Assembly: GCA_964019425.1 (NCBI GenBank)
Contig: OZ025800.1
Location: 868,001-932,000, forward strand
Direction: 5' to 3'
Length of the DNA: 64,000 nucleotides
DNA from: Flectonema sp. DT1601
Taxonomy: Eukaryota
In this document: positions 22,573 to 37,275 of the stretch, in pieces
Numbering within the stretch: position 1 is the first letter of the stretch
Layout of the letters: each line of letters begins with the position of its first letter
The notes under the pieces: model-generated
The model's input: only the letters and a program-made list of their open reading frames with translations
What the model was told of the DNA's origin: nothing
Database searches by the model: none
Made by a program: the position numbers and the translations under genes

Positions 22573-25500
22573 CTACGAGTATCTCAGAGTAGTGAGGCAA
22601 ACAGTGCTGGACTCTGTTCCGACAGTTGTTTCTATCTTCACAACCTCTTTTGGTTTTTCATCAAACTGAATGCTGAATCCTCTCAACACCTGCTGGAGTG
22701 TCTTTGCTGTTATCTTTGATGCCCACGTAAAGTCCATCTTAGCAGACGTTGGCGTTATATCTAATTTAGATAAAAAAGTAGCACCTTGATACAGATTTCC
22801 CTCTTTATAAACAAAAGAAGAAGGGACTACTAACGCGCAGGGACTTTCGTTCGAATGGATTTGAATGGAAGCGAATCCAGAAGTGATTACTTTGTCATTT
22901 TTTTCAGTCGGAATTGTTATTTTAGATTTCTGATCATTAAATGATATATTTAAATCATCACCTTTACAGACAACATCACTACAGAATCCCCATGGAGTGA
23001 AGTAGCAGTGAGGTACTTGAGTGTCAACCTGAAGCTTTGCCTTTCCTTCGACGGGATTTTCGCCGTCGGATACGCGTATTTGAAATGTTCTAGTGGTCGC
23101 CTTTTTTAATTCTGAGTTATTATGAAATGTTACGCAATTCATTACATATGATGCTCGTGTGAGGCTCATCAGTTTGCTTTCCGAACTTTTAACAAATTGT
23201 AATTTTAAGATAGTTTTTTCGTTATCGAGTGTCACAGAGCAAACTTGTCGATCATCAGTTCCCTCTTCGACAAGCATCAGTTTTTTATTGTCGTCAGTTA
23301 GTCGTAGTCTTCCTTCACTATATTTTGGATAAATAGAAAGCTGTTGCTGAGGTGACAAGAATCCGAGTGTGTCTCCCTTAGCACCACCAGTAATTGCTTG
23401 AAATGTGAGGTGACCACCATCAAAATATTCAGTATCAGCATCGCACAATTCGCTTGAGTCTCTAGGACACAAACAAAATGGTGATCTTACAACACCTGAA
23501 GGAGTGTATCGTATTTTAGTGTTTCTGACACGAATTTCAGTGACATCATCAACCTGTTTTTTTTTTTTTTTTTTTTCCTTTTTTCCTCGTCGTGTAATAG
23601 CTAACAACAAAAAAACAACAAAAACAAACCGCTTGAATATTCATTTCGAATACGCACTGTGAGGAACACGGAGGAGCATCTGATATTGTTACTCGAATAA
23701 CTTTTTTTAAAACCTGCGGATCTGACGACAAATTACAGTACGTTAAATTTCTCAGTATCGCGATTACATGTTTCCTAGAGACGAGTGTATTCTGATCTCC
23801 TTTAAAAATAACATGAAGCAAGTCCTGACCAAGTTTTTTATAAACAGCGATTGGTCGTTCGGTTCCACTGAAGAACAGATCGGCGCTGCAGAGTAAATTT
23901 GCATCCTTGTCCTTTAACTTAGTGAGGTCTCGAATAATACTACGAACTTCTTGTTGAGCCATTCCAAGAAGTGATTCGCGTCTTCCTCTCCGATTTTGAA
24001 TTTCTTCTTTGACATGATCCCTGACTTTGTCTTTTAATTCAGATATTCGAAGTGATTTTGGTACTATGGAAGGAGTTCTGGGAGTTAGCACCTTAGCAGA
24101 GGCAGCTTCAAAACTATCCCCACTAGCACTCGTCGGTGATAACGGAGAGAGTGGTGCTTCAAAAACTGCTAAAGATCCACTCATTTTGTTCATATTGAAA
24201 ACAGCATTAGCAGCTGATGTGAAAGACCTACGAATGGCTGTGGGGGCTTTTTTTGTAGACTGCGTGTGCTGCACCAGTTTAATGGACTCATCCTCTCTAA
24301 GAGCTAAGGAATCTTCATCATTAGCACCTTCAATAATCTCAACTACTATGTATCCTGCGTTGTAGTTTTCAACAAATCCTTGTTTATCTTGAATTAAATC
24401 AAATGGGGCAAGTCTCTGTGGACCAGAACCTTCTCTGTACTCAGCAGACACATATTTCTCAGGAATCGCTAGTAAGCTTGGAGCATGTCTCAGCTGAACT
24501 TTTTCAGTTAATATAAAATCATCTTCAGGAGTGTAGTCTGGCAACTCCATTGGAATTTCAGACTTCTCTGGTTCTCCGTTGACAGTTACACCGATCCTCA
24601 GAACGATGTCAAGCTGGCGAAAAGTTCCTTTCATAGGAGTTGTAGTTATGTTATATGTTACAATACTTCTGAGAAGTTCCTGACAGGCTTCGATTGACAT
24701 CATTCCTGTTGTTGAAAACAATATAACAACTTCATTATTAGAAGTATCTTTATCAATGCTGTCAATCGATTTACCAGGTAACAGAATCTCACCTTTGTCA
24801 ACACTTGCTATTGCTCTTCCTTGGTATTTTATAATAGGATTTCCTGTTGGTGGTCTTTCAATACAGAATTGGTGTTCAGAATCGACCCAATGCTGAACAT
24901 TATTACCAAGAGACATATCAAGATTAACACTACTCGCTTGATATATATTTAGTGATGCCGATTCGAGCATTGACGAACTGTTATCGCTTCTTACCATATC
25001 TGGACTCGGTGATTTCCGTTCCTCTGATCTGAGAGTCTTACTTCTGACGCTATTAAGAAGTTGAGTTTGCGTTAGTTCTGGTAGAAGACATAGGGCAATA
25101 CCTTCTCCTTTTGATGAACCGTTAAGTGTTATTGTTAACGATCCTCCTATGAATCTATCTGTGTCAACATCTTGAACTACAGCAGACTCAGCTATAGGAA
25201 TTACACATGGAGAGATATAATGACGTAAGTGAGTAGGAACAGTTGATGATCTGATACTAAACTTTAAATGAGGAATGATCATCTCTGTTGGATTGTCCTC
25301 TCCAATAACATCAACAATGATACTCATTCTACTAACGTAACGATTACTATCGGCTATACTCACAACTATTGTTCTGGTTCCTTCAACAGGAGCGACTGAT
25401 GTATTCGCGAATCGCAATGCTTTTAAGAAATGTCGTAGTTGCTCTGCTGCTAACATCCCTGGATTCTCATCATAGCGTAAGTGAATAACGAATAGCCTGC

Positions 25501-28500
25501 TGGCTGCTACATTTTCTTGAACTTCACTACAGCTCGGTAGGGTTCCTAATATTGTTGTTCCAACCTGATAGGTGTTGTCTTTTTCTTTAAATAGTAAATT
25601 CGTTCCTTCAAGTTGGACCTTAGCATTGTTTTTCATACAAATAATATCATCTGTAGTAAAACCCTCAGTTATTTCAACTGATACATAAGCATCGTGAAAA
25701 TTTGTTAAAGACAATCCCCCTCCCTGATGACCACCCGACATAACACTGAACTGTGATTGATCTTTACGTCTTGTGACTGTTGGTGGGTCGGTTAGGTTAA
25801 ACGGCTCGGGTACGAGTTGTAGTTCTTCGGGTTTCATTCCTGTTGTTGATTTGTTTGATAATAAGTTGAGAAGTCAATTTAATAAAAAAAATAATAAAGG
25901 AAATCTCCTCTCATACCTTCAATGTACTCAACAGTAATACCACCTCGAGAACACTGACTTATGAATGGTAACGCTAAGACGACTCCCATTACAGCTGTTC
26001 CAGTTGACTCAGACAACTCATTTGGTCTGACGGTGCTATTTTTAATAACAACGGAGCTATCAAAGAGAAGAACAGCTTTGAATTGAATTTGAATGAGAAC
26101 AGGAGCTGGAAGGCCATGACCAGTTGTACATAAACGACAAGATCGAATAATTCTCGTTATGACATCAGTGTTAAGAATCTCTTCAGCAGATCGACTGGTA
26201 GATTCTGGATTCGGAAGAAGGATTTTTAATACACGTCCACAAGGAACAGAGTCGGTCTTTGGAATTGTGGGGACCACCACAGGATCAAGTTCTGCTGCTC
26301 CACTTAGCTCATTAGGTGTTGGGTAGGCTGGTAATTCAAATTGTGATATTGGATGAGTTTCTAACATATCACTCAAGTCATTCGATCCTTTATAAACAGT
26401 TCCATCTATTTCAACATTAAGATAAGTCTGACACGACAATTGAATAGCTTCAGCTAACCATTCAGGATCTGAATCACTCGGTAGTAGTGATACTTCTATA
26501 TAACCTCCCCACATTACTTGTTTACATTCAGAGATGTTTTCGGGTGATAAGGCTGGTGTTGCGTCAGCCTTTTCTGTCATATTTGACATGGCTCCCATCT
26601 TTACAGCTACCTGGACACTTGCTTTTAATTTTTTATTTCTTCGCTTTTTGTCGTCTTCTGGTTCGTCTGTCGCAAATATCTTTGCGAAAAATTTTGAATT
26701 TCTTGCCTTGACCCTATTAAGGACTGTATACGCATCACGTTCAGATCTCACTTGAGTTTGGAGTCGCTTAGTGACGGCTTTGTGTGTTGATACCCAAGTG
26801 TCTTCAAGGACGCAAATGAACTTAGCGACTGTGTTTATCCACGTGGGAGGTTCTACTTCAGTGTATGGATGAACAAAATACATAAATGGTTTCGTGTTAT
26901 ACTGTAGTTGAGTGTCTATGCATATATTTGGAAGTTGTTTCATAACTCCAGCAAACTCCTCTTCGATATTCTTGAGAGAAACAACTTCTGCTAACCAATC
27001 AAGACTGGTTGCTACTTCTTGTGATAGATGCTCGCTGGCTTTTAAGAAATCATCAGAAATACAACTGCGATCTGTTCTCTCCCCAGCAGCTATGAGTTCT
27101 CTTGCTTTACTTCGTTCTTGTTCTTTCATTTGAGTGTAGTGAACTCGTCTGTCAATAATCCATTGTCTGCTGTCTATCTCATCTTTTTCTATTGATTGTT
27201 TTATTGATAAGTAAAGCTTTTGTAAATCATATCTAATAACTTGTTGTCTTTCGAGGTAATCAAAATATTCGATTCCCTCTTCAAATTTTGATCGTAAAAC
27301 AGCTTCAGCAGACTCATGCATTCCAACTATCTCTGTTCTATAATCAAACTCAGTATCATCCAGTATTTGTCTGGCAGTACTTTCTCGGTTGAGTCGAGAT
27401 CGTTCCCGACCTTTGCTGTGTTTGTGTGCTTTTTCTTCAACCGTTTTTAGTTGTCTTCGATTCGAATATTGATTCTGAAATAGGTATTCTCTCTGTAAGG
27501 ACTCTCTTTGAATAAAAAGTATAAAAAGGTCTGACAATTCGATAAAAATAAGTTGATCACGAACAGAAGTCTCACGTGACGACATCAACGCTCGCTGTTT
27601 GTTTTTAATTGCAGCAATCTGTCGCTTTCGTTGTTTTATTTCCAAAATGTGAAATTCTTTCTTATGAACTGTTTTAATATATTTGATGCATTTTGTTCTT
27701 TCGTGAATGATTTCTTTTCGGTTATCTGATTCGGATTTTTTCATCGAATCAATGTCGTCCTTTCTAAACTGTTCCCATTCTGCATATTTCTGACTTAACT
27801 TTCCAACAACCAGTTCCTGATGCTGTAAGTGTCTATCTTGAATGCTTTGTTCCATTAAACTACCTAGCCTTGAAGACCATCTGTCCCCTAGTCGTTCAGT
27901 GTGTGTTATGTGCATTAGATTTTTATTTGTAGACGCAACTGATATTAGAGCCGGAGCCAACACAGACGACACCGACTTCGCAACCTTTTCATTTATCGCA
28001 AGCAATGCTGCTGTTGGATGATCTGCAACAATACTGGCTAAGACAGCAACGTCCTCATATTTTATATCAACTTGAGACAGGTCTAATTCCGCTTCTTGAT
28101 GACTTGCGAATAGTAACTTCTGTAAAGTTTGTTCAGCTACAGTATCATTCCGATATTTTTTAACTGCAATGAGCCTCCTTAGTGCAAGTCTATTAGCCTT
28201 CGTGCAGAGTTCGCTTCTGTCTCTGTCGAAGTCTCTGGGTTCGGACTTGTCTGTAGTGGAACTGGTTGTTGAAGAGGATATCATCTTATTCCCTCGTAGA
28301 TGTTGTTTATAACCAGATGAGAACACAGTACTTACTTCAGGGTTTGTGAACTGCCTTGCTCCAGCAGAGGGTATTATAGTTCCTCCATATCGTTTTATTC
28401 TCAAAGAAGGACGTCGAATTGCTGCATCAAAACTACTTTCTGTAGCAACAGTGTATCTCGGATTGTCAGGTTGCTTTCTTGGTGGTTGTGGAACTAAAGA

Positions 28501-28791
28501 CACGACAGGTAGAAGTGGGTTTGTTCCACTTTGAACTCGACATTGGAAAACGTGTAATTTAAAATCTTGCAACGAATCTAATTCTAAATCTTTATGATGC
28601 CGCATACACTCTGGACATGTTGTTCCTACTCCTGCTTGTCCAACAGCTACGATTATTTTCTTCTTTTTATTCTCTGTCGATCCTTTTATCGTTTGTTGTT
28701 TTTCAGGTTCTCGACTCGTTCGAAGTAGTTCTTTCTTTCTTTCTAACATTCGTCCCCATCTGCTTTGCATTCCATTCGACAGTAGCTCCAT
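22573..28791 (-). CDS. ~2020-aa protein with coiled coil and repeated beta-rich modules; exons 28791-25917, 25839-23630, 23553-22573
   Basis: Three ORFs join in frame through GT-AG introns 25840-25916 and 23554-23629; recurring L.F/Y.N.S..P....R.I.V.I.D motif (cadherin/calsyntenin-like by inference). Confidence 0.8.
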
Positions 28792-29209
28792 GTGTTGGAG
28801 TAGATCTGTTTGAATGATTTTTATTATTAATTTGGTTACCTTGCTAAGTAAAAACAGACTACTACTGTGTCCCTATCGATAATATGTTCTCACTGTGATG
28901 AAAAGGTACCTGTCAGCAGATACAAGAATAGTTATGCATATATTAGACGGTTCCAAGACTCTACTTACTTTTCTATAGTCTACAATAATGTCGGTGTACG
29001 AACGTCTGTACTCAGAAACAAAAGAAGAAAAAAAAAACGAATTGAAAAATGGAAATCCATTCCATCCGTCGGTATTATTATCACAACTGTGGAAGAATAG
29101 TCACAAAGTCTGTACTACAGAAGAGATCTATCCGTGAGTAATTTCTATGGAAGAAAACGAAAAACAAAACAAATCCAAAAAAAAACAGAAAATCTAAATC
29201 ACCCAAGGC

Positions 29210-31942
29210 TCACGTTAAATTGCAAAGAGCAATATATTTTGCTTCCAAAGCGATCCTCCTACTGATTAGATCGATAAATAAAGTTTGTAAGTCAGATGGA
29301 CATCCTCTGACAACACTCTGATCACAATTCTTTGAACCCCCTCGGAAAGCACACATAGTACGGATCAACGATGGATAATAATGACTTCCTAGACGAGAAG
29401 TGTCCATGAGATGCTTTTTTTCAAACCGATCAGGAAATATAATTGACTCGTAATTATCAGCTGAAGACGAGTCTCTCAAATGAGTTGATATTCGTGAAAC
29501 GACTTCCAACAAAGTTCTAGACAAGAAGTCGAATACTACTAACATACTATCACTGAGAGACGTCTCCCAATCTGATACTTGAGTTGCTTCTATTCTGCGA
29601 CTATCCTTATCACGTAGAGTGCTGACAATCATATTAGTCGATGCTTCCTTTGAGAGGTATCGTTTGTTGCGAATTTCCAATTTTTTCAAATCGTCCGCCA
29701 ATTTTTTAGATTCCTCAGACAGTCTTACCTTGTCGTTACGAAGCTCTTCAATCACTCGACGTTTTTGTCTGTCCTCTTTGTGAACTCTTTTTAAAATTGC
29801 TTCTGTCTCCAACTTAATTTTTTCTTGCAACGTAGTTTCCTGTCCAGTGTGATTCTCTAGTTGTAAAGACAACGATTTTGATCGATTCCCTTCGAGGGCA
29901 ATTTTTCTTTTTAAATTTTGAACGGTAGTTAAGAGATTACTCTTTTGTTGAGTAGTATCCTGAAGTTGACTTTGAAGACTTCGTATCATGGCATCAGCGT
30001 CAGTCACAGCGATCACAGCTTCGTCTCTACACTGAGTGAGTGATTTAATATCAGCAGTTAACTTCCTTGATTGGCTGGTCGAATGTTTTTTATCCGAAGA
30101 TGCTTGCTCTTGAGACTGTTTGAGCTCAATTTGTAAATTTTGTTTCTCAGTTTCCAGAAGTGCTATCCGCTGTTGATGTACTTTTAGAGAGTCAGTGAGC
30201 TCAGATTTTCCTTTTGTTATCGCTGAGAGTACTTCTTGTCTTGCATGCATGTCGGAGACTCCTTTTGAAGATTGTTCTTTTAGTTGATGTCTTAAAGAGT
30301 CTGCTTCTGATTTTAATTTTATCTTTTCTTGTTTTTGTTTTTTAATACATTTTTTCATCTTCGAAGCCAATTCGACATCGTTCTTATGACCGAGCTCCAT
30401 GTCTCGTAATTCCGAAGCGAACCTCGCGCAAGTTTCCTTTTCTGAAGTTATATTCAATTCTTGTAATACGATTTGTTCTTTAACAACCTTATTATCTTCT
30501 TGAGATTTTTGTAATTCACTTTTATAAAACTGAATATCAGACTCAAACTGGAGTACAACAGCTTCACGTGATTCTTTTTGATCAGACAATTCACCGTGAA
30601 GTTCAATAATGTCTTGTTGACGAATTTCTAATTGGAGTTCTTGTTGAGTAAAGCGATTGATACATTCTGATAATTGCTTTTCTAATATTAATATTTGATG
30701 AGCGTATTCATCAATATGCACAGCCTCGGCTGCAAAATGTTGTTGTTCTGTTTTCATTACCTCAACTGTGCAGAGAGTATTTTCATGAGTTAGTTGTAAT
30801 TTCTTTTCCTTTGCATGTGACCTTATTATCTCTTTTGATAGTTTGGAATTTTCATTGGTGAGATTTTCAATTTCAGTCTGTAGAATTTCAATTTGTTCTG
30901 AAAAAGATTTCAAATCGACATTTTGTTTTTTAATTTCGTAATCCTTTCCGTCAAGCATCCGATTCTTTACAACCAAATCAGCGTTTTCATCTTCAGCCGC
31001 TTTCAGTGAAACCTGAAGAGTTACCAATTGAGCCTTAAAGTCTCCTACTTCACTTGCGAATGAAGTAATTTCATCTTTTTGAGATTTTAAAAGTTGTTTT
31101 AAGTCGGTATTCTCTGTTTCAATAGTTTTATTTTTTGAATCTAAGACACTAATATTATCATCAAGCTGTTTTCTGGAGTTGCTCGCAGTCACAGCTGCAT
31201 TCTTTGCAATAGAAAGCTGTTCCTGGAGTGAATTTATTTCAGATTCGTTTTGTTGTTTTGTTCGGAGGAGATTATTGTAATTGTGAGTTAGTTCTTCGTG
31301 TTGAGAATCTTGTTTTTGAACTGTTTCTTGAAGTCTATTTATTTTATTAAAATGATCTGTTGTATGTTGATTAGAACTTGTTTGAGCACTGTTCAGTTGA
31401 GATCTGAGGTCGTCGATTTCTTCTGTTTTGAGTGAAAGTTGTTCTGATAAGTTCTTATTCAAACTGCGTTGGTAGTCAAGACCTGATTCCAGTCGACGTA
31501 ATTCACTTTCATAAGAAGTGTTCGCAGACTCGATAACCTGCATGTCAGTTAGGGTGTGATCGTGTTGTCGTTGTCGAGATTTTAGCTCGGCAACGACTTG
31601 TATCTTCTCGTCTGTGATAGCCGCCATTTCGGATTTTAAAAAAATAACTTCTGCCTGCAACGGTTCCACAGTTGCAGCATTACAGCTTAAAGTTCTCACT
31701 TGCTGAATATACTTTTCTTCTATTGTTGAAAGCGATCTTTTCAGTTGGTCAACTTCCCTCGCTAATTCATACTTCGCGTTTCTCAATTCAACGCAGTCGG
31801 CTTCCTTTTTTCTAATTTCCGTGTCTTTAACTTGAAGCAATAAGAGTACTTTCTTAGCAGAGCTGTCTTGCCGAGATCTGTCAGAACCACTGAGGTCACT
31901 CAGTACGGTAGAGTTCATTCCATCTCGAGAGATGACAGACAT
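29210..31942 (-). CDS. Long coiled-coil protein
   Basis: ~910-aa ORF with heptad E/K/Q/L composition; start placed at MSVISR, upstream in-frame part looks non-coding. Confidence 0.8.
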   Translation of the reverse strand: MSVISRDGMNSTVLSDLSGSDRSRQDSSAKKVLLLLQVKDTEIRKKEADCVELRNAKYELAREVDQLKRSLSTIEEKYIQQVRTLSCNAATVEPLQAEVIFLKSEMAAITDEKIQVVAELKSRQRQHDHTLTDMQVIESANTSYESELRRLESGLDYQRSLNKNLSEQLSLKTEEIDDLRSQLNSAQTSSNQHTTDHFNKINRLQETVQKQDSQHEELTHNYNNLLRTKQQNESEINSLQEQLSIAKNAAVTASNSRKQLDDNISVLDSKNKTIETENTDLKQLLKSQKDEITSFASEVGDFKAQLVTLQVSLKAAEDENADLVVKNRMLDGKDYEIKKQNVDLKSFSEQIEILQTEIENLTNENSKLSKEIIRSHAKEKKLQLTHENTLCTVEVMKTEQQHFAAEAVHIDEYAHQILILEKQLSECINRFTQQELQLEIRQQDIIELHGELSDQKESREAVVLQFESDIQFYKSELQKSQEDNKVVKEQIVLQELNITSEKETCARFASELRDMELGHKNDVELASKMKKCIKKQKQEKIKLKSEADSLRHQLKEQSSKGVSDMHARQEVLSAITKGKSELTDSLKVHQQRIALLETEKQNLQIELKQSQEQASSDKKHSTSQSRKLTADIKSLTQCRDEAVIAVTDADAMIRSLQSQLQDTTQQKSNLLTTVQNLKRKIALEGNRSKSLSLQLENHTGQETTLQEKIKLETEAILKRVHKEDRQKRRVIEELRNDKVRLSEESKKLADDLKKLEIRNKRYLSKEASTNMIVSTLRDKDSRRIEATQVSDWETSLSDSMLVVFDFLSRTLLEVVSRISTHLRDSSSADNYESIIFPDRFEKKHLMDTSRLGSHYYPSLIRTMCAFRGGSKNCDQSVVRGCPSDLQTLFIDLISRRIALEAKYIALCNLT

Positions 31943-32579
31943 TGTGATAGGGGGATTGATTACCCTCACTGGTAAGATAAATTTAATTGAGAACATCACA
32001 TTTAATGAAAAGATTACTGCACGCAGATTATTGTGAACCTGACAGAGAAAAAAAAAACAAAAATAATACATAACATTCCCTATAGACATCTGTGTGTCAA
32101 TTCGCGTAACAGGTGTTTGTATCCCAATGGAGCCTTTACATTTGAACCCTTTAAATTCTATTTTCTTTCCCAGTGAAGTTCACAGATGTTTACCAGAGTG
32201 TTGTTAGACATCCCTTCTGGAAACATACAAGTGAAGATGCACTTCTTTATTTTGTTCTTTCGTTTTCTTTTTGAGGTGCCCTTTTCGGAAGGGCCGCGTA
32301 GAATTATTCTTTCTTAATTTTCGTTTTTTTTTTTTTTTTTTTTTTGCACCGACGAAGTCGGAGAAGAAACTATTCAGATTAAGAGCCGTTATTTATTATG
32401 TCATGTTATCTATTTCCCTGTGCGCCAGTAAAACTAGCTGCGATCAACAAAATATAAGGCTTATCTGAATGGTTTTTTTTCACCCATTTACAATTTTTAT
32501 TTCTTGTTCAGAAAAGGATTTTAAAAAATAAAATAAAAAAAAGAAGAAGTAGAAAAAACAGTTACACTGGTTAAGGTGC

Positions 32580-34053
<1,474 letters not shown>

Positions 34054-34552
34054 CTATTCCAAACAGTAAGCTCACCTTCCTCTACTTCCCATGTCTCATA
34101 TGATCCTATGGAAGGTGACATTCTAACAAAACACAAAACAGTAATAAACCTCTAAAAGTACATCAAAGTAAAGCAACAGTTGGGTGTTATGGTGAGAGAT
34201 GTTAACATTACCAAGTGGGGTTTGATATCTTCCCACTCGGTCCCAATCTTGTCTAAAGATTCTCCCGTTCTTTTTTCCATCACTTATTGTTGACGGGTGC
34301 ATCAACTCAGATTTGTTACAAGACAGACGATAAGGGATGGCTGTTGAGTAAGTTTGACTAACTCAAGTGAGAAGTGGATGTGTTATAATAGCGAAAGGGA
34401 AACCATTATTTAGTTGTAGGAAAGTCACACAAACGGCCTTCCTTCCTCGTTCACATCTGAGTGATACTTTCTTTCGAAGTATGCTGTGCGAGGAGTTTGT
34501 TAGTACCGCGTACAGAGAATGGTTTAATAAAGACAAAACAACTATTTCTATT

Positions 34553-35029
34553 TTAAATTAAATCATCATCATCCCTATGGTGATGTCTGTTTTCCGTACC
34601 ACGAAAGCGCTTTGCTGCTCTACTATCTGGTTGGACTCGTAGAACCTTTTCCTTTTTGATAGTTAGCCTCTCGACTTCGCTGCTCGTACCGCTGTTCGCA
34701 TTTATCAGCGTTGCTTTCATTTCCTCGTTCAATGCAAGGTAACGTTCTTGTTTTAATTTGTTAATTGCTCTGAGTTTTAGTTCTTCTTCTACTTTCTCTG
34801 AATTCTTGTCTTGTTTTTTTTGTTTGAAGGCGATACTTCTCTTTTCATCCACTTCTCCACGTGCCGCACGCCGGTCTTCCTTCGAACCTTGCAACACTTC
34901 TTTTGTCCTATGTAATTGCTTATCAAATTCACGCCTCTTTTCATTCATGTCGATCATCTTACCCGGTAGAGCATATTCATCACTGCCTGGAGGCGCGAAA
35001 TTTAAACGAAGAAGACATCTTCGAAACAT
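34553..35029 (-). CDS. Hypothetical basic protein, probable mitochondrial targeting
   Basis: 158-aa ORF starting MFRR, the short presequence type typical of euglenozoans. Confidence 0.6.
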   Translation of the reverse strand: MFRRCLLRLNFAPPGSDEYALPGKMIDMNEKRREFDKQLHRTKEVLQGSKEDRRAARGEVDEKRSIAFKQKKQDKNSEKVEEELKLRAINKLKQERYLALNEEMKATLINANSGTSSEVERLTIKKEKVLRVQPDSRAAKRFRGTENRHHHRDDDDLI

Positions 35030-35357
35030 TTAGTTGGTGCTTTTTGTAACAATAAAATAAAATACCAAAAGACGGCAAAAAGTAAATATCAGAAGTTTAC
35101 CCCGGTAGTGCATACCCCATCGCTGCCCCTCCTTGAGCCCCTTTTCTCAACAGCTTGCGCCGAAGAGCCAATGGAAACAACAGACTAACCAGGACAAGCG
35201 ACCGAAACCCACTGCCTCCCAAAGCTGGGGATGTCAGAGTGTAGCTGACACACTCTGGCTGCTCATATTATATTAATTAGGAAAAAATGGGTTGTGCGAT
35301 TCGAGGAAGGTACCCGAGCCAATGATCAGTCCCGCCTTCCTGGAACTGTTTGTTGCG

Positions 35358-35475
35358 GGGAGGAGGCGCGAAATTTAAACAAGAAGATATCTTCGAAACA
35401 TTTAGTTGGTGCTTTTTGTAACAATAAAATAAAATAACAAAAGACAGCAAAAAAAAAAAGTAAACATCACAAAGT
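35358..35475 (-). repeat. Partial duplicate of the 5' end and upstream region of the 34553-35029 gene
   Basis: ggaggcgcgaaatttaaac..tcttcgaaacattt.agttggtgctttttgtaacaataaaataaaata repeats 34989-35097; 35101-35127 echoes 34962-34988. Confidence 0.8.
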
Positions 35476-35651
35476 TCATCAACAAACAGATACAATAGTA
35501 GTAATAATTTAAATAACTTTACCAAAGGAAAAAATATTTTGAATCTACAACCACAAATTGTATGGTCGAATTGTATGAAATAAATCACAAAAAGAAGTGC
35601 TGTCAAGTCACGGCTAGTTAGTGATTATATCGAACAGAAGGACAGCAGGTA

Positions 35652-35686
<35 letters not shown>

Positions 35687-35961
35687 TGTAACAAGAATTG
35701 TTGAACCTATATTAAGAAGTGGAGGACGGCGCGTCACAACGTGGCCACCCCCCACGGGCGCAGCAATCCTCCTAATTGGAAGTAAGATCCAATAGTTAGT
35801 ATTAATAATTATCAGTCAATCAAAAAAAAAGCAAAATTTCGTAGGACAACAAACAAGTTTGGTTTCGGGCTAAGATTAAAAATAATCTTTCTTCGGACCA
35901 TTCTCCCTACCCAGCCCTCTTCCAGATCCAATAGCTAGTTAGATAAATATAAAATAGTTGT

Positions 35962-35998
<37 letters not shown>

Positions 35999-36036
35999 AT
36001 TATCAATAAAACAGGTGTTAGTTCTCACTAAACTGA

Positions 36037-37275
36037 TTACATAAAATCAAAGTCGTTATTCACTTGACCTCTCAGATAATCAGCCACATCGAAGTGATTC
36101 TGCTTTAGAGCTGCCTCCATAGCTGACTTTCCATTGTTGAAGTTGATGTCAGGATGAGACGCTAATATTTTAACCATTTCTAAATCCCCACTCTTTGCTG
36201 CATTGAATAACGGTGTTCCACCATAGAGATCTCGAGAATTAACATTTACCCTTGGGATGGCAAGCAGTAATCTCACCACCTGAACATTACCCGACGAACA
36301 TGCTATGCGTAGAGGACATTGACCTACAGCATTACATATATTTACTTTACATATTTTGACAGATAACAATAATGAAATGATGTCTAAATTACCATTTCTG
36401 ACTGCGATATGTAATGCAGTATCCTTAGTGAGAGGGTCAAGTTTATTGATTCCATGTTTGCACCTTTCTAAAATCATTCGAACAATGTCAGCAGAATCTC
36501 CCTTACATGCAGCAAGAAGTGCAGATGGACAGCTGTCTAGATTTATTTCTGGTCTGGTTAATAATAATCTCACGAGATCAACGTTACCATGTGTAGCAGC
36601 TGCTATGAGTGGAGGAGACCGAATATACACCGATGACGATAAATCAACACCACCGTTCAGTAGCAACTCTCTCGCAGTTTCTATTTCACCTAAAGTTGAT
36701 GTCACTCTCATGCCTGCTGCCAAACATTCTTGATTACCAACAACTGATGGATGATTTATTATTAATTTAGCTATAGCTCTAGACTTCGATCTGCAAGCAA
36801 CATACAATGGTTGGTAACCCGCATCAGATGCGATAGTCGGATCGACGTCTGGATCTCTTAACAAGTACTGACATATTGAAAGACTACCTGATTCACAAGC
36901 TAAGTAGAGAGCAGTACGTCCATTCTTTAATGTCGTGTTAATACCAATCCCAGCTGCAATACAATTCATAATCCCGGATAGATTATTTGATGTTATGAAA
37001 TTAATCGCAAGTTGTTTTGTCGGTTGTTGTCCCAATTCGATCAGAGCAATTCCCTTTTTTGATAACACAACTTCGACTTCTCCTCCCTTTGATGCAATCT
37101 CACACAAAGTAGAATCATCAGCGAGCTCACCTTCGTACAGTAATTCTAATTGATCAGTTACCAGTTTTTCTTCATTAGCAATCTCTTCCTTTACTTCAAC
37201 GATGGATGAAGTCGCATTAATTGGTATCGAAATCGTTGATCCTGAAGGGAGCACAGCAGAGAGGAATATACTCAT
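36037..37275 (-). CDS. Ubiquitin-like domain plus ankyrin-repeat protein
   Basis: N-terminal Ubl pattern (LPSGSTI..VKEEIA...QLELLYEG..L.D); repeats GRTALYLAC, DTALHIAV.NG, GGTPLFNAA. Confidence 0.85.
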   Translation of the reverse strand: MSIFLSAVLPSGSTISIPINATSSIVEVKEEIANEEKLVTDQLELLYEGELADDSTLCEIASKGGEVEVVLSKKGIALIELGQQPTKQLAINFITSNNLSGIMNCIAAGIGINTTLKNGRTALYLACESGSLSICQYLLRDPDVDPTIASDAGYQPLYVACRSKSRAIAKLIINHPSVVGNQECLAAGMRVTSTLGEIETARELLLNGGVDLSSSVYIRSPPLIAAATHGNVDLVRLLLTRPEINLDSCPSALLAACKGDSADIVRMILERCKHGINKLDPLTKDTALHIAVRNGNLDIISLLLSVKICKVNICNAVGQCPLRIACSSGNVQVVRLLLAIPRVNVNSRDLYGGTPLFNAAKSGDLEMVKILASHPDINFNNGKSAMEAALKQNHFDVADYLRGQVNNDFDFM

